Shown here: piece by piece, positions 11,728 through 25,700 of the stretch
Numbering within the stretch: position 1 is the first letter of the stretch
How the letters are laid out: each line of letters starts with the position of its first letter
Origin: Basidiobolus meristosporus CBS 931.73
Lineage: Eukaryota > Fungi > Basidiobolomycota
NCBI GenBank assembly: GCA_002104905.1
Contig: MCFE01000493.1
Coordinates: 1 to 64,000 of the forward strand
Direction: 5' to 3'
DNA length: 64,000 nucleotides
The notes under the pieces: model-generated
Database searches by the model: none
The model's input: only the letters and a program-made list of their open reading frames with translations
What the model was told of the DNA's origin: nothing
Position numbers and translations under genes: made by a program

Positions 11728-12975
11728 AGTATCTGGCAGCATGGCTTGGTGAGTACAAGAAGCGATATTCGGCCATCATAATGCGCAGAAAGTAGGTATC
11801 ACCCCCATTTCGAACATGATTTTGATAAATAACAATGCAATCAGCAGCAAACAATCTATCATCGAAATGGTAGTATTTGGTCAAGTTACCCAATACAATA
11901 AAGGAGCAGTGGGACAGTGCCCTGACTCAGGTTTCATCTTTTTTATTACCGTTCATTACCATTTGTCGATCAGCCCTTGCCATTGGAGTCTCTTTAGGGG
12001 TGGCGCTTGAATGGTCATTTATTAGTCTATATCTCATGTGGGAACACTCTGATAAGGAGATGCAGTAGGCATGGTTCTGGAGATGCAGTAGGTATGGTTC
12101 TGTATTTTACATGCCAAACTGCTGCCGCAGACGGTTGAACAAAGGCTAAGCCACGACGAGAGGTAGTTTGAGACCATTGGTTACATGGATAGGGGCTACC
12201 TATCTGGATCGAGAAGATTTAGTTAGTGTACCATACCATCAAGGCCTAGTATATTAAAATCACCCCTCGTCTACCATTCAATCTCCTCCAATCACCCCCC
12301 GTCTACCAGTCGACACCTCCAATGATACACCAACGTATCGCAACGTGGTCATTCTCTGCAGGCTATACATCTCGGGCCCCAACCACGAGGTAGAGGGAAT
12401 GCCACAGCACTTCCATAGAGTCATGTGTACACATTGGCATCTTTTCGCCAGATTCCCCTGATTTTGCCCTCCTTTCACCTTTGTCCATTCCCTCATTGTC
12501 TTACGGAATAAATTGGTTTCAGTAAGTTGGAAGCTACCGCAGTGGAGTTTTCTTACCCTTTCGCCCTGGTGAAGTTTCACCAATGCATTGTAATACATGG
12601 GAGTGGGCAGTCTTGTGGGCAGTCCCAGGTGCTACTATAAATTGCTGGCGCTCTCTATCCACTGGCAGTTTGTACTATTGCTTCCCTTCCGCCATACAAC
12701 CAAGAACCGACCAAATATTCATTCAAATTGACATACAAAGGGTGTGTAATCGATGCTTTACCAAATTGAAACTAACATTGTTGAATCATTCTAGCCAGTT
12801 CATTGCCCACCCCCATAGCTTTCTGTTTCCCCAATAGACCTAGAGGTTCTTGCATCATCTCAACCCACCTTTAGCCTAGACACCTCCCCTTGCCGTCGAC
12901 CATTCTTGACGCGATCAATTGACCATTATTTATTTAGACTAGCAACCTCCCAATTCCATCCTACCATTACCACGT

Positions 12976-14750
12976 ATGAGTGAGAACAGAAAGGATCGTT
13001 TTTCCTCCCGTCCATTGGCTTCTTTCCAGCGTCGACCAAGTGATTCCGATCACTTTGATTTCGAGCTGGTGGATGCCAAACTCATGTGGGACGCCCTCCA
13101 TGATAATGACAACTCTTCCCTCCCCATTCATGTTGACCCAACCTCACTTTTCCTTCATTCTAAGCCTATGCCGCCGAGTGAAATGTAAGTAATTCTCCTG
13201 ACCCGTTCCTCATGGATTGCGATGATTGATGGTCATTCAAGGAGTGAGCTCACAACAAGCTCAGAAAGTCATCCCAATTCTGATGCTGAATGTGGGGCTG
13301 AAGACTGCCCTGAACCAGACCTCATTGCTCCCGCGCCAGACTGGATCAAAAGGTAGATTTTAGCGCTGTCTGCGTGTTTTTGTCGCCAAACTAAACAGTA
13401 CGTAACAGCAGCAGTCATGAGGAGGTTGAGGACGAGGATGAGAACCTCCCTGAGATCGATGATATCGATCCAGATCTTATTCACTCGATGAGTGATATTG
13501 AACCCATTGTGGCTGACGAGCCAACTCCTGTCAATAGAAGAGGGGGTTGGCTGAAGCTGATCCTGACATTGCTTCCGATCATATGCTCGGTTTTGCTGAT
13601 CCAGATGCCTGATTCCACCCTGGATGTTCTTCTCACCACCTTGGAACGACATGGCCTCTTTCCAAGCTTGCATCAACAGCATCGCATGGACGCGAGCCCG
13701 ATGCTAACGGAAACAATGTGCCTTGCCCCAGCATCAACCACTTTCTCGTATATGTTTTTGTCCGGCTGCTTCCATACCGAATGCGAGGTGGTTATCGTGG
13801 CCAAGGATCTCCGGGACAATCCAAAAAGCGCCGGTGGAGACAAGTTCACCGCCCTTGAAATCAACCATGAGTACAACAGCTCCTTATCTGTATATGACAT
13901 TCAAAACGGACGCTACTTGGTGAACATACCTCGCACCACTCAAAACCCCGAATCCATCATTCATGTGTCGTTGACAAGTACCAGGAAGGAAATCAGCAAC
14001 TCCCCATTGACCATCACTTGGCCAGTGGTTGAGGTGGTCCCGAGAGCTGACTCTTTGATAGTGGATGCGCAAAGTGAGGATGCCGATCAACCATATGATC
14101 GTCACGTAGATACCACTACATTGCCAGATACTGAAGTAATGCCAGACGCCGATCCAATGTCCGTTCCCTCTGAGCAGGATTATGATGTCCAAGAATCTCC
14201 AACTGATTCCGCGGTGCCACAAGACATAGCGGCCATCGAGGTTCAAGAACCTACGCATGTTGCAGAGGATATCCCCGAGCAAAGCTTGGTTACAGAGCCC
14301 CAGCACCTCGACTTTGAAGACCAAGATGTTGAGCTACCTCACACTGTTACTGATAATTATGACCCAGATGTTAATCAACTGCAGGGAGGGGACCGTTGTC
14401 CGATCTATGCTCTTAATTGTCACCTGCGCCGCTCTGATATTGGTGCCAAGGTCAAGGTTGTGTACCATTCCGTACTGAGCGTCCGCACCAATATTCGTAA
14501 CAGCATTCTGATTCTGTTGGACCACCTGAGTGGCGTGGTTCACAAACACCTGAAGCCTGTTGCCGGAAATTCGATATCCCACGTTGTCAAGGCAAGACAT
14601 GTGATTAGGGAAACCATTTTCAATAGTGTGGGCAAAGTAGGCAAGTATACCAAGACTGCAGGAAGGGTTATTACTACTTGGAGGCAACATACAAGAAGAA
14701 GCATTTCAATTATTGGGGATAGAATCAAGCGACTCTTTCGTCGGGCTTGA
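12976..14750 (+). CDS. Hypothetical single-pass membrane protein (acidic N-terminus, TM helix, filamin/Ig-like segment, acidic low-complexity region); 3 exons
   Basis: Introns at ~13186-13240 and ~13352-13407 join ORF 12976 in frame to the 420-aa ORF. TM WLKLILTLLPIICSVLLIQM; filamin-like AKDLRDNPKSAGGDKF...YDIQNGRYLV. Confidence 0.7.
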
Positions 14751-15149
14751 AGGTTGGATTTAGGGGATTTTCACATCATTACGCACTCGCCTTGGCTTCC
14801 CCTACTCATCACTCATACAACGGCACGGAACTCCCTTTCTTTGTGTCTAAAATTGAACATGGCTGTTTCTTCAATTCTTATGATCCCCCGAGCTTTGTCT
14901 GGCTTGTTGATACAAGTCCTAGACATCTCTCATAGTGTGGAAGCTCTTAGATAGCTCTCACCGTTTTCCCACCTCTCTTTCGATTTTCATGTAATTTTCC
15001 CTTAATGATCATGTCAGGATTTCCAAGCTCCCGACTGTGCACTTTGTAGACATGTGATCAGGATTGTTTGCTTTCATTTAATTTGTTCTTTCGCCTTTTA
15101 CTTTTCTACAGCCTCTATAAAGATCTCGGACATTAGTGCTGACATCCAA

Positions 15150-15189
15150 CAAATATTCTGAATCCCATAAAGATCCCGAATGTTTATAA
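15150..15189 (+). promoter_or_regulatory. Putative snRNA-type promoter (TCCCA element and TATA) of ncRNA copy 1
   Basis: TCCCATA at 15163 (-52) and TTTATAA at 15183-15189 (-32 to -26) relative to 15215. Confidence 0.65.
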
Positions 15190-15214
15190 TCACTGGGATT
15201 TCATTGGTACCAGC

Positions 15215-15393
15215 ATGGAAGTTTGTTTAGTCATATTTGATTAAATCGACTCCAACTATCCAATATATGTGCAAATATGGGGATGGCCGTTCAATGGCTT
15301 CGCTCCTTCCATGGTACATTATATCAATGTTGGGGCATCTGAAATTCGTGGTCGAATATTTCGCGCGAGTTATTATTGTCCACGACAATTCAT
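15215..15393 (+). ncRNA. Unknown ~179-nt structured RNA, copy 1
   Basis: Near-identical to three other copies with sharp boundaries (ATGGAAG...CAAYTCAT). Self-complementary stems; positionally conserved upstream motifs. Confidence 0.62.
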
Positions 15394-16005
15394 ATATAGT
15401 CTTATTACAATCACTGAATCCAAACATAAATAATAATTACATCCGAGAATGCTGAAGCAGTAACGCTCGTCAACACGATAAATCACGATTGGCTTAATAA
15501 GAAGTAGATAAATTTTCTCATACTCACGCTCCAGACCAATCAGGAATCTCCCTGGTTATCAGAATGTTGGGCATGCATTGCTCATCAAGAGCAGGCGATC
15601 TTGACGTTGTTTACGAACCAATTTACCGGTTATGTTCAGGAAAGTGGGAAGAAATTTCTCACCGCATGAGTTTTATCACCAGATTCATTCCCGCATTTGG
15701 AACTTGATAGCCCATTGCTGAGAAATCTCTCTCCAGTTGCCATTGAAGCCAGTGAAGGTCACAACATCAGTATTAGCTGGCGTTAACTTTTTAAGAACAA
15801 ATGGTCATTCGTGATTTCTGCCTTCTTTAAACGGGTAAATCCGGCTCGAAAATCGAGAACTCGCACAATTTCATGACCGCTTGCATCCCAGCTGGTGGAT
15901 ATGGTCCTCGTAATGGTGGGATCATCAACACACTGTTCTATAAAAGCCATCCCATGCTACCAGCATAATCATACAGTGAAGACTTCACTTTTATACTATC
16001 TAAGG

Positions 16006-17387
16006 ATGCGCTGCTCTGCTCTTCTCTCTTTAGTGTTGCTCTCTGCTTCGGGGCTGTTGGCAGCTCCAGTGACCGAGTTTCTGACTCGTCCTGTTCGCTA
16101 TGACAACCATAAGCTGCTCCAAGTGAAACGTTCAGATGCCTTGCTTGAACTCGTCAACAAAAACAATCTGGATGTTTGGCACAAGTCCAGCAGTGTCCTA
16201 CATATTCGCGCGTCTCCTGAGGACATCGATGCACTTAGTGGGTTCGAATCAGAAGTAATCGACGAGAATGTCCAGAAGAGTATTGATGAAGAAACTGAGG
16301 TCTTGAAGCAAGCCTCGCTGGTGAAGCGTGCTGTTGATGATGCCACTTGGTTTCAAAGCTATCATACATTTGCTGACATAGTCCAATGGTTGCAGCAGCT
16401 CTCGAAAAAATACCCAGATCTGGTCACCTATGTGCCATCCATTGGCAAGACCACCCTGGGTAAGGACATCCCAGCCTTGAGGATTACCAGCAAGAACGGA
16501 GGAGAAAAGAAGAAGATCTGGTTCCAGGGACTTCAACATGCCAGAGAATGGATCGCTACCACGACCATGCAGTACCTGGCTGACGGATTCGCCTCAGGGT
16601 ACGCCACCGACTCTGACATCAAGGGAATCCTTGACGCAGCCGAGATCATCATCATTCCAGTATCGAATCCAGATGGGTACGAATATACCTGGAACGGGGA
16701 TCGTCTATGGAGAAAGAACCGTCGCAACAATGGTGGTGGAGTGTATGGGGTCGATTTGGTAAGCGCTCTATTGACTCTATTAGTATCATAAATAGTATGT
16801 AGTTACTGCATGATTGTGAATCCGTTGCTGATTCCCGGCCATTTCTATTTTAGAACCGTAACTGGCCTGATCATTGGAATCAAGGGGGCTCCTCCAAGAA
16901 CCCCAGTGATGAGACTTTCATGGGACCATCAGGTGGCAGTGAGCCAGAGGTGAAGGCATTGATTAACTACTTTTTGCAACAGAAAAATGTTGTTGGGGCC
17001 ATCGATTACCATTCTTATGGTGAGCTGATCATGTGGCCATACGCTTGGACCTACTCCAAGGTTGCCAAGAGTGCCGAATATGCCGCACTTGGCAAGGCCA
17101 TGAAGAGTGCGATCCGAACTGTCAATACTAGTGAGAGATACACCACACAACAAATCAGTGATTTGTATGTGGCCTCAGGCAGCTCCTCCGACTGGTTCTA
17201 CGGTGACCAAGTTGCTCAAGCGCAAGGATTCCGTAGCACTTCGATTGCAGTTGAGCTCTCCCCTTCAGGTTCAGGCGGAGCCAGTGGATTTGTGTTACCT
17301 CCTCAGAACATCATCCCGGTCGGTAAGCAAACACTCGCTGCAGCCAAGGTATTCATCAGCAATGTATTGAAAAGCCCTATCAATTAA
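16006..17387 (+). CDS. Secreted M14A zinc carboxypeptidase (signal peptide, propeptide), paralog 1; 2 exons
   Basis: HAREW, WRKNR, GVDL|NRNW, DYHSYGELI, YVASGSSSDW and catalytic E in VELSP. Confidence 0.95.
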
Positions 17388-17492
17388 GTTTACACGAGGC
17401 CAAATACCATGAAGAGATCTGAATAAAGTAACTTCGACATGACCAAGATTTAGAGTTTGTGTAACTAAGGTAAATACATATAAGGATTATAT

Positions 17493-17671
17493 ATGAGTTG
17501 TCGTGGACAATAATAACTCGCGCGAAATATTCGACCACGAATTTCAGATGCCCCAACATTGATATAATGTACCATGGAAGGAGCGAAGCCATTGAACGGC
17601 CATCCCCATATTTGCACATATATTGGATAGTTGGAGTCGATTTAATCAAATATGACTAAACAAACTTCCAT
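17493..17671 (-). ncRNA. Unknown ~179-nt structured RNA, copy 2
   Basis: Reverse-complement copy of 15215-15393, convergent with carboxypeptidase 1. Confidence 0.62.
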
Positions 17672-17695
17672 AATGATGCCAAAGTCAGATGAGGG

Positions 17696-17738
17696 TATTT
17701 ATTACCGAGGGGAAATCTATGGGAGACTCACTGAATTC
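17696..17738 (-). promoter_or_regulatory. Putative promoter of ncRNA copy 2
   Basis: Minus strand: TCCCATAGA starting at -53 and AATAAATA at about -32 to -25. Confidence 0.62.
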
Positions 17739-18020
17739 AGGCTATTTCCAGATAATTATCATCGTTTTGAGGCACCATGATGAGTAACTCAGGTCAAGCC
17801 CCAATCCCGTTTTCTACCTGACCTTACAACATCAATACAGTACACTGGTGGCTAGAAAAAGATCCAAGCTGTTTACTGGTTGACTGATTGGCTGGGCTTG
17901 AATTTACTGCCTCCACTTGTGGAGCCTAATTATATCATTTGAAGCTCTATCAATAGGGTCAACAACACCCCTCTATTGTTAACCTATTGCAAACTAAACC
18001 CAACGTTACTTTCGTTTACC

Positions 18021-18862
18021 ATGAACCAACCTGGTGCTGGTAAGTCTAATACTTCCTTGGAAGCCGCGTATTTCCTGAGAGTCGTTTGCCTAACTTATCC
18101 CTCTCTAGATCGCAGACTGATGGCCTGGTTTCAGGCTGTTGATAGGTGAGTGTGAAGAGGCTAGTTTGATGGTGCCGGAGATGTTTTACTAAGCTTCATG
18201 TCATCTATCCTCCAGTGATAAATCGGGCGACATCACTGCTGAAGAGCTTCAAGTCGCCTTGAAAAATGGTACACCTTGATCCCAGTTGATATATCCTCCC
18301 TTCTTTAAACTCACGCCCCACGTTTAGGGGACTGGACCCCCTTCAACATTGAGACCGTTCGTTTGATGATTAATCTTTTCGACCGTGACAACAACGGCAC
18401 CATCAACTACCAAGAGTTTGTTGGCCTGTGGCGCTACATCGAAGACTGGCAAAGATGCTTCATGGGCTTCGACAAAGATCGTAGCGGATACATCGACTCC
18501 CAAGAACTTCTAGAAGCCCTGAGAGCATTCGGATACAACCTCAGCCCACCATTCGTCAACCTTTTGATCCGCAAATACGATCGTAGAGGTACCGTTTTAG
18601 CTTTCATTCCCCTTCCGGGCGGAGCACTGACTCTCTGAATCTCACAGGAAAGGGCGATGTATCGTTCGACAACTTCATCCAAATCTGCGTAACCATTCGC
18701 TCGCTTACCGAGTCATTCCGCCGTTTCGATTCCAATGGTGATGGCTGGATTCAGATCAACTACGAGCAGGTAAGCTTCAGCGCCATTCCGCATCCAGGCC
18801 AACCTTGACTAATCCTCGGATTCATCTAGTTCTTGGAGCTTGTTCTCTCCAACAACCGTTAA
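18021..18862 (+). CDS. PEF1: Penta-EF-hand calcium-binding protein (PEF1/ALG-2 family), ~6 exons
   Basis: WFQAVDS|DKSGDITAEELQVAL, FNIETVRLMINLFDRDNNGTINYQEF, FDKDRSGYID, SFDNFIQICV, GWIQINYEQ|FLELVL. Confidence 0.92.
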
Positions 18863-19086
18863 TTAGTTAGAATGGGCGATATTTAGTAATACCCCAGGTT
18901 TCCCATGATTGTTGATGTCGTCTAATATTATGTAACTTCCTCTTCTCTCACTCAGCCAAAATGCATCGATTGATTATATAAACCAAGATGAGCAAATCTG
19001 AAACATGTACGGCTAACAAAAGCTAATAATGCACTGCATGGCGGCAGGATATAAATTAATTGACAAAGGATTGTTGTTGCCAAAGA

Positions 19087-20491
19087 ATGCGAACTGTTCA
19101 CTCATTTACTCTTCTACTCTTGACGTCGGCTCAAGTCTTCGGAACACCAGTCACGGACTTGATCAGGAAAGTAGTCCGTTTCGATGACAATAAATTGCTG
19201 GAGTTACGGAACACCCCGGCACTGGCGAGCTTCCTTGAAAGCAGGGATATGGATGTGTGGCGGGTGACTGAAGAAGTAGTACACATCAATGCCGATCCCA
19301 TAGACATGGTTAAACTGGCACCATTTGGATATCAGGTGTTGGTGGATAACCTTCAGGATCGCATTGACCAGGAAAGAGCTGGCCCCAAGTCGGTGAACAC
19401 TGCTGACGATTCCAGCTGGTTCAATGAGTACCATACCTTTGACGAAGTTGTCAAGTGGCTGGAGAGGTTGGAGCAGAAGTACCCACGGCTGGTCAAGCTC
19501 GTCCCATCCATTGGCAAAACCACGCTTGGAAAGGATATTCCAGCGATCAAGATTAGCGGGAGTAGGTCAGGCCCAAAGAAGAAGTTCTGGCTGCAGGGGT
19601 AGGTGCATGTGGAGTGATTGTGTGAGGGAAGCGAGCTAAAACGGACCTATTCAGGGTCCAACATGCTAGGGAATGGATTGCTGGCTCGACTATGCAGTAC
19701 GTCGCGCATACCTTGACCAATGGCTATGACTCCGATAGCCAGATTAAGAAAATCCTGGACACTACGGAGTTTGTCATTGTGCCTATTGCAAATCCAGATG
19801 GTATGCCTTCATACATTGGATCTTCAGTCCGTTTTCTTACCCATTTGCAGGATATGAATATACCTGGACCACCAACAGATTCTGGCGTAAAAACATGCGC
19901 GATAACGGTGATGGAAGCTACGGAGTAGACTTGGTAAATGCATATATAAATACACATGCTTCCCGCATAGCTAAATCTCGGGGTTAGAATCGCAACTGGC
20001 CGGACCATTGGAACAAGGGTGGGTCCTCAAGCTACCCGAGCTCCTATGTGTATATGGGCCCAAGCCCTGCGAGTGAGCCAGAGGTCAAGTCGCTCATGGC
20101 TTATTTTCTGAAGTCAGGTCCTTTCCATGGTGCGATTGATTTCCACAGTTATGGTGAATTGATCATGTATCCGTATGCATGGTCGAAGGACACACCAGCT
20201 AATGGGAAAAGGTATCAGAAATTGGTGGAGTCAATGAAACCCACTGCAGAGTACACTGCCCAACAGAGCAGTGCACTCTACATTGCTTCCGGTGCCTCTG
20301 TGGACTGGTGGGATAGCCCACAGGTAAAGAAGATCCAAGGGAAAGGTTGCGCCTCCCTCATCATCGAGCTGGAATCCAAGTCAGCAGATGTTGGGTTTGT
20401 TCTTCCACCCGATAGAATTGTCCCCGTTGGGGAGCAAATGATGTCCTCCATCAAGACATTTGTCAAAAGTGTGAGTGAAAACCCATTCTAG
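19087..20491 (+). CDS. Secreted M14A zinc carboxypeptidase, paralog 2 (more divergent); 4 exons
   Basis: Signal peptide; QG|VQHAREW, WRKNMR, DFHSYGELIMYPY, YIASGASVDW, IELES. Confidence 0.93.
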
Positions 20492-20754
20492 CTCTGAATC
20501 GTTGTATATCTGGTTATATCCTTTAATGATGTAATAAAGTTTTGGAAATGATGCCCCTTTGACATGGACTGATCAAACCTGGAAGGCGAATGTTGTGTTT
20601 GTACCTTTATTCTAGTCTAATAACGGTAGATAAATTACAATAATTGATGTGAAGGTAAAACAAAGGCAGTAAATATATATGAGGCAGAGCAATAAATATC
20701 ACTGACAAAGCCCAAGTCATTGAGGAGGGCGCGGCAAAGAATAATGTACTGAGC

Positions 20755-21818
20755 CTAAATCTTCTTGGCCTTTTTCTTCTTCTTGGTGCTCTTATCGCCA
20801 TCTTGCTCTGCGTGACGCTTTTTGTTAGCAGGGGTTTCGCCAACGTCTTGGGGAGCTTCCTCGGTAGGGATAAGTGATCCGCTTACGGTGATCATGTCGT
20901 TGGCCTTGACGAGGCTGTTGGACAAGGGTTAGCACGCAATCCACAATAACACAAACACCATAAACACTTACTCCTCGACAGTGAATTCCAACCAGCCATC
21001 TGTGCCGATGGGGGTACCGTTATGCTTAAATACCCATTCACCGGTGACAGGAGCCTCTTCGGACTCACTGGCCTCAGTAGTCTCTTGACGCCACTCGTAT
21101 TTGGTTTTTGGAATACACTCGGCTGGAATGGAGGCGTTGAATGTATTGTACAAAAGCAAACCAATGTGATCTTGTGATTGTAGGTTGATGATACCGACTG
21201 GATGAAGATCCCCGTTAATTTACGAACTTGCCACATCCCTCTCGACACATAACTACGTACCCAACTTGATTCCCTTCTTAGGTTTCCAAATGAGAAGATT
21301 GACTGTAATCCAGAAGTGGGAGTAAGGCGAATCGTACATTATTCTGCCGGTCTTCTCGAGTATCTGCAAATCGGAGTGGGCTAAAACGATGCCATCCACT
21401 TGAGGTACATAGCTGAGACGAAGAAAAGTCAATATCCTGTGCCATCCCGGCAAAAATCTGTAAAAACCTACCGCATTAAGAAGCTGTTAAGTTGCTCGTT
21501 GATGCCCTGAAGGGGATTGTTGCAAAAGCAAGGCGGGAGGGTGATGTACATTTTAATGCATGTTTCAGCAAATGGAGAAGCGCTTGCATTGTTCCGCTCT
21601 AGATCGGGATAAGGCTTGGTGATAGGAATGGGCGACTTGAAGAAGGTTCGCTTCTTGGTGGGGGTGGCTGGAGCTTCGGGTTGGTCAACATTTTCGGTTT
21701 CAAGAGACACGATCTCTTCAGAGAGCTCCTTTGACTTTTTGGCTTTCTTTTGCTTTTTGGAAGGGGTAGCAACGGCTGGGCTACTCTCCAGCGTGACCGA
21801 TTCTTTTCTCTTGGCCAT
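20755..21818 (-). CDS. RPA43: RNA polymerase I subunit A43 (4 exons)
   Basis: EQLNSFLMR|YVPQVDGIVLAH, YDSPYSHFWITVNLLIWKP, INLQSQDHIGLLLYNTFNASIP; Lys-rich termini. Confidence 0.9.
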
Positions 21819-22745
21819 TTCGGGTTGAAGGTGTTGAACCAGCCTAAACCTCTTCTCAGTGGAGTATCATTTTTTTTTCTTTAGTCGAACTTTTTTCTAA
21901 TCATTTTTTTTTACGCGTTAAAATTTTGACTGAAAATGTATGCAGTTAAAATCAAAGTTGTATGCAACATTGATTTTCTCGCCTGAATGGGAATGGAATG
22001 TTCGACTCGCTCAACCGCTGAATTCATATATAATACATAGCTCCATGACAACGCTCCTTTGAGATTCTACTTCACGTAGGAATCTTGCTGGATAACTTGC
22101 TCGGTATACATCGCTGGATATGACCATATCAAGGAAGACATCCTACATCAATTTATAGAGATATAATAGAGGAGCCACCAACACCTCAGAATTAACTTTA
22201 GCTGTGGGAATGTGCCTGAGACCTCTACAAACATTTCCTTTTTTCCAAGTTGGGGCGTACTTAAGCTCAACAATTAAACCCATTTACAAAGAGAACGTGG
22301 TAGTAAAGATCACCATAAACACAGAACAAACCGACCTTCTTCTCGCGGTAGTATCCATACAAAGCCTAGTCCCCTCATGTCCAAATTATATAGCCAAACT
22401 AAGTCCCAACACAAACCCAAAATATGGAAATGCCTGGGATACTTGTCAACCATTAGGTAACATTAAAATTCCAAGGTAAAATGAAAACATCGAAAAGATT
22501 TGAATACGTTCCTTTTATGGGAATGTTCATTCAGCATTCATTTAGATGACATACTCATGGTTAGACTAATATATTTGTCGGCCAGTGGTTTAATGGGTAC
22601 TTAGTAGTCACTCCTGAGGTTTCTCCCTTCTCCTCAGCTATTCTTATTTTTCGTCATATCCTGTACACTTCACTAAGGTCTTCGCTACTGTTGGATAAAA
22701 CGACAGTTGTTTTATAGAGAATCGATATATAGATATATATCTAAT

Positions 22746-25700
22746 ATGTCGAAGTTTCTAAGTAGAGTTGGTAATCAAATAGACGTACTACAACGTCGGT
22801 TAGAGTCCGGTAACAAGCCAACGGTCCAATTTAGCCCATTACCTGACTCACCACCTGAGGAATTTTGCACTTCGGTTGCTGATGACATACCGTCAGGACG
22901 GAGGAAGGACTTGAAATACCGTAGAAAAAGAAGGCAAAACACATTACTCTCCCTGTTTGGAATTGACCCTGTTCGTGAGAAATTAGGGACTTTCGAAGGA
23001 GTATTCGTTCCTGTATGCTTATCCATCTGGGGAATCATGCTGTTTGTCAGACAGGGTTATATCATAGGGCAAGCTGGCTTGGTCGAGACTTTCGTCATGT
23101 TTATTGTTGGCTACCTTATTGCATATTTCACCACCCTTTCTTTATCTGCTATTTCAGCAAATGGAACTGTTCGTGGTACGCTCTGCATTCTTCTCTTATC
23201 GATATGTGCCTTCGCACCTATTCAGAGGCGCTACGTGAATAGCCATACTAACTCGTTTTTCAGGTGGTGGTCCGTACTATCTCATTTCGCGTTCTTTGGG
23301 TCCAGAGTTTGGTGGTAGTATTGGCTTAGTTTTCTGGTTCGGAACCATTTTGGGCGGGGTGCTCAACCTGTTGGCCTTTGTCCAACCTTTGCTGACCACT
23401 TTCGGCGAGCAGCAAGGTGCTATGTTTAACGTATTACCGGAGGGGAAGGTAAGCCATTTATCAGAGTACTGCACTGTAATGAGCCTCTCCCAAGTTAACC
23501 ATTTTAAACACTTCACCAACAAAGTGGAGCGGTTTTTTCTACAGTTCGGTTTTATTGCTTTGCTGTACTGGCGTCTGTCTCATTGGGTCCAAGGTATGGT
23601 TTAGAACGTTTCAATACAAGCCCTAGCTCTATGACCGTTGTAGTTAACTATTACCCTAGGTCTTCGCGCGCACCTCAATATTTCTCTCGTTTATTATTCT
23701 TGTGTCGACGTTGATTATTTTCCTCTCGTTCTTCATCCGATCCCCGTTTACTGACGTAGACAACGGCATTGAATATACGGGATTGAGCATTCAAACATTG
23801 AAGGAAAACCTGTGGCCGCAATATTCACCTTCAGCAGAGAACCCTAGTAAAGTGGAAAACTATCAAAGTATATTCGCTTTGGTGTTTCCGTGTTTTGTTG
23901 GAATAATGGCAGGTAATTTGTTCTGCTCGTATAGTTTGCTAGCATGTAAGGCTAACGGTCAAGACGCCAGGAACCTCAATGTCTGGTAATCTTCGTAAGC
24001 CCAGCAAGTCCATCCCTAAGGGAACCTTGGCTGCTGTGGTGGTCACGTTCATGCTCTATATGATTATCAATATCATGTTGGCTGCTTCCACCACCAAAGA
24101 AACCCTTTTGAAGCGCTTGAGCATCCTTCAGGATATTTCTATCTTCCCTAGTATGGTTGTAGCTGGCGCATTTGCTACCGCCACTTTTGCTACCCTCAGC
24201 GCTTTAATATCATCAGCCAAGATTATCCAAGCCATTGCTAGGTGAGTCTCCCCTAATTTCCTTGGCCGCTTCGTTGGCATTAATATTTCTTACAGAGATC
24301 ACCTTCTTCCCATCCTGTCGCTATTCGACCAAGGCACTGACAGATCAGACGATCCCACCTACGCCATTATATTCTCCTATATTCTAATCCAGCTGTTGTT
24401 GCTTACTGGAAGCATTGGTGTGGTGGCGCCATACTTTACCATCTTGTCCATCCTGACATTCGGGATCACCAATCTTGCCTGCTTTTTGCTGAAGATTGGC
24501 TCTGCTCCCAATTTCAGACCCTCCTTCCACCATTTCAAGTGGTACACCGGGTTGATCGGTGTTTCCTTGTGCTTTACCACGATATTCATTATCGACCCAC
24601 TTCTGGCCACAATCTCCACCGCGTTCATGAGTATCATGTTTGGTGTCATTCATTATACCACTCTGCCCAAGTCCTGGGGAGATGTCACCCAGAGCCTCAT
24701 TTATCATCAAGTTCGCAAGTACTTGCTAAGATTGGACACTCGTAAGGAACATGTGAAGTTTTGGAGGCCACAGGTAATACCAGCCACCCGAGACCATTGT
24801 GTGTCCATAAGCCAACTAACCATTGCCAAAGATCTTACTTCTAGTCAACAACCCCCGGAACAGCTATCATTTGATCCAGTTCTGCAACTCCCTCAAGAAG
24901 GGCTCGCTGTACATCCTGGGGCATGTGCTGAAGGGAAACTTCCGTTCCAACTTGAACGAATTCCGGAAACAACAAAACGTTTGGCTAAAGTTCGTGGATA
25001 TCACGCAGATCAAGGCTTTTGTTCAGCTGACTATCTCCGACTCGGACAGATTTGGGGCTCGGAATCTGATCGTGGTATGCGGATCCACCACTTCATTCTT
25101 GAGGGAAGCCGTCGTTGCTAATCAATTTGCTAGGGTTCTGGACTTGGTGGAATGCGGCCTAACATCGTCGTGCTTGGCTTTTTCAACTCGTCTAGTCATG
25201 AGGAGAGCCATAACAACAAGAGGAAGCACGTCTCAATCCCCATTGTTGGCTCTCTTCCCACCGACCGAAACAAGCAAGAAACACCGATTCCTATTACGGA
25301 CTATGTGTCCATCATCGAGGACACGCTGGCATTGAACAAGGCGATCGCGATCGCCCATGGCTTCTCCAACCTACGAGACCTACCACCGCTAGATGATGAT
25401 AGTAATCTTTTCTCGGCGCACTCTGGCCAAAAATCCCGCAAGAAATACATAGACATCTGGCCCATTCAATTATCCATTCCTAGCGCTTACAACGAGAACG
25501 GATACTTGACCAATTTCGATACCTACACCATGGTGCTGCAGATGGGATGTATTCTGCACATGGTTCCATACTGGAAGCAGAACTTCACACTTCGTGTGAT
25601 GTGCTTTGTGGAGCGTCGGAGTGATGTTGAGGAGGAGAGAAGGAGGGTTGAGGTGCTGCTAGAGAATTTGAGAGTAGAAGCGGAGCTGCATGTCTTCTGG

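Noticed and set aside
11750-12900. Several 60-106 aa ORFs between TCTEX1D2 and the orphan membrane gene
   Set aside because: No consistent frame, splice pattern or motif could be supported.
15248-15263. Telomerase RNA idea (UCCAACUAUCCAA has 8-nt periodicity like a template)
   Set aside because: It does not template TTAGGG, the telomere-like repeat seen at 41495, and four copies would be atypical. Identity as U1, U2, U4, U5, U6, U11, U12 or U3 was also rejected because their diagnostic motifs are absent.
15237-15455. Small ORFs MIKSTPTIQ... and MQIWGWPF... repeated at the four copies
   Set aside because: They have non-ATG starts and different C-termini in each copy. Conservation starts and stops at fixed nucleotide boundaries regardless of frame, which fits an RNA better than a peptide.
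15215-17671. Copies 1 and 2 as long terminal inverted repeats of a Pack-MULE-like element carrying carboxypeptidase 1
   Set aside because: There is no 8-10 bp TSD. Copies 3 and 4 are direct rather than inverted, and the conserved motifs lie outside the putative element.
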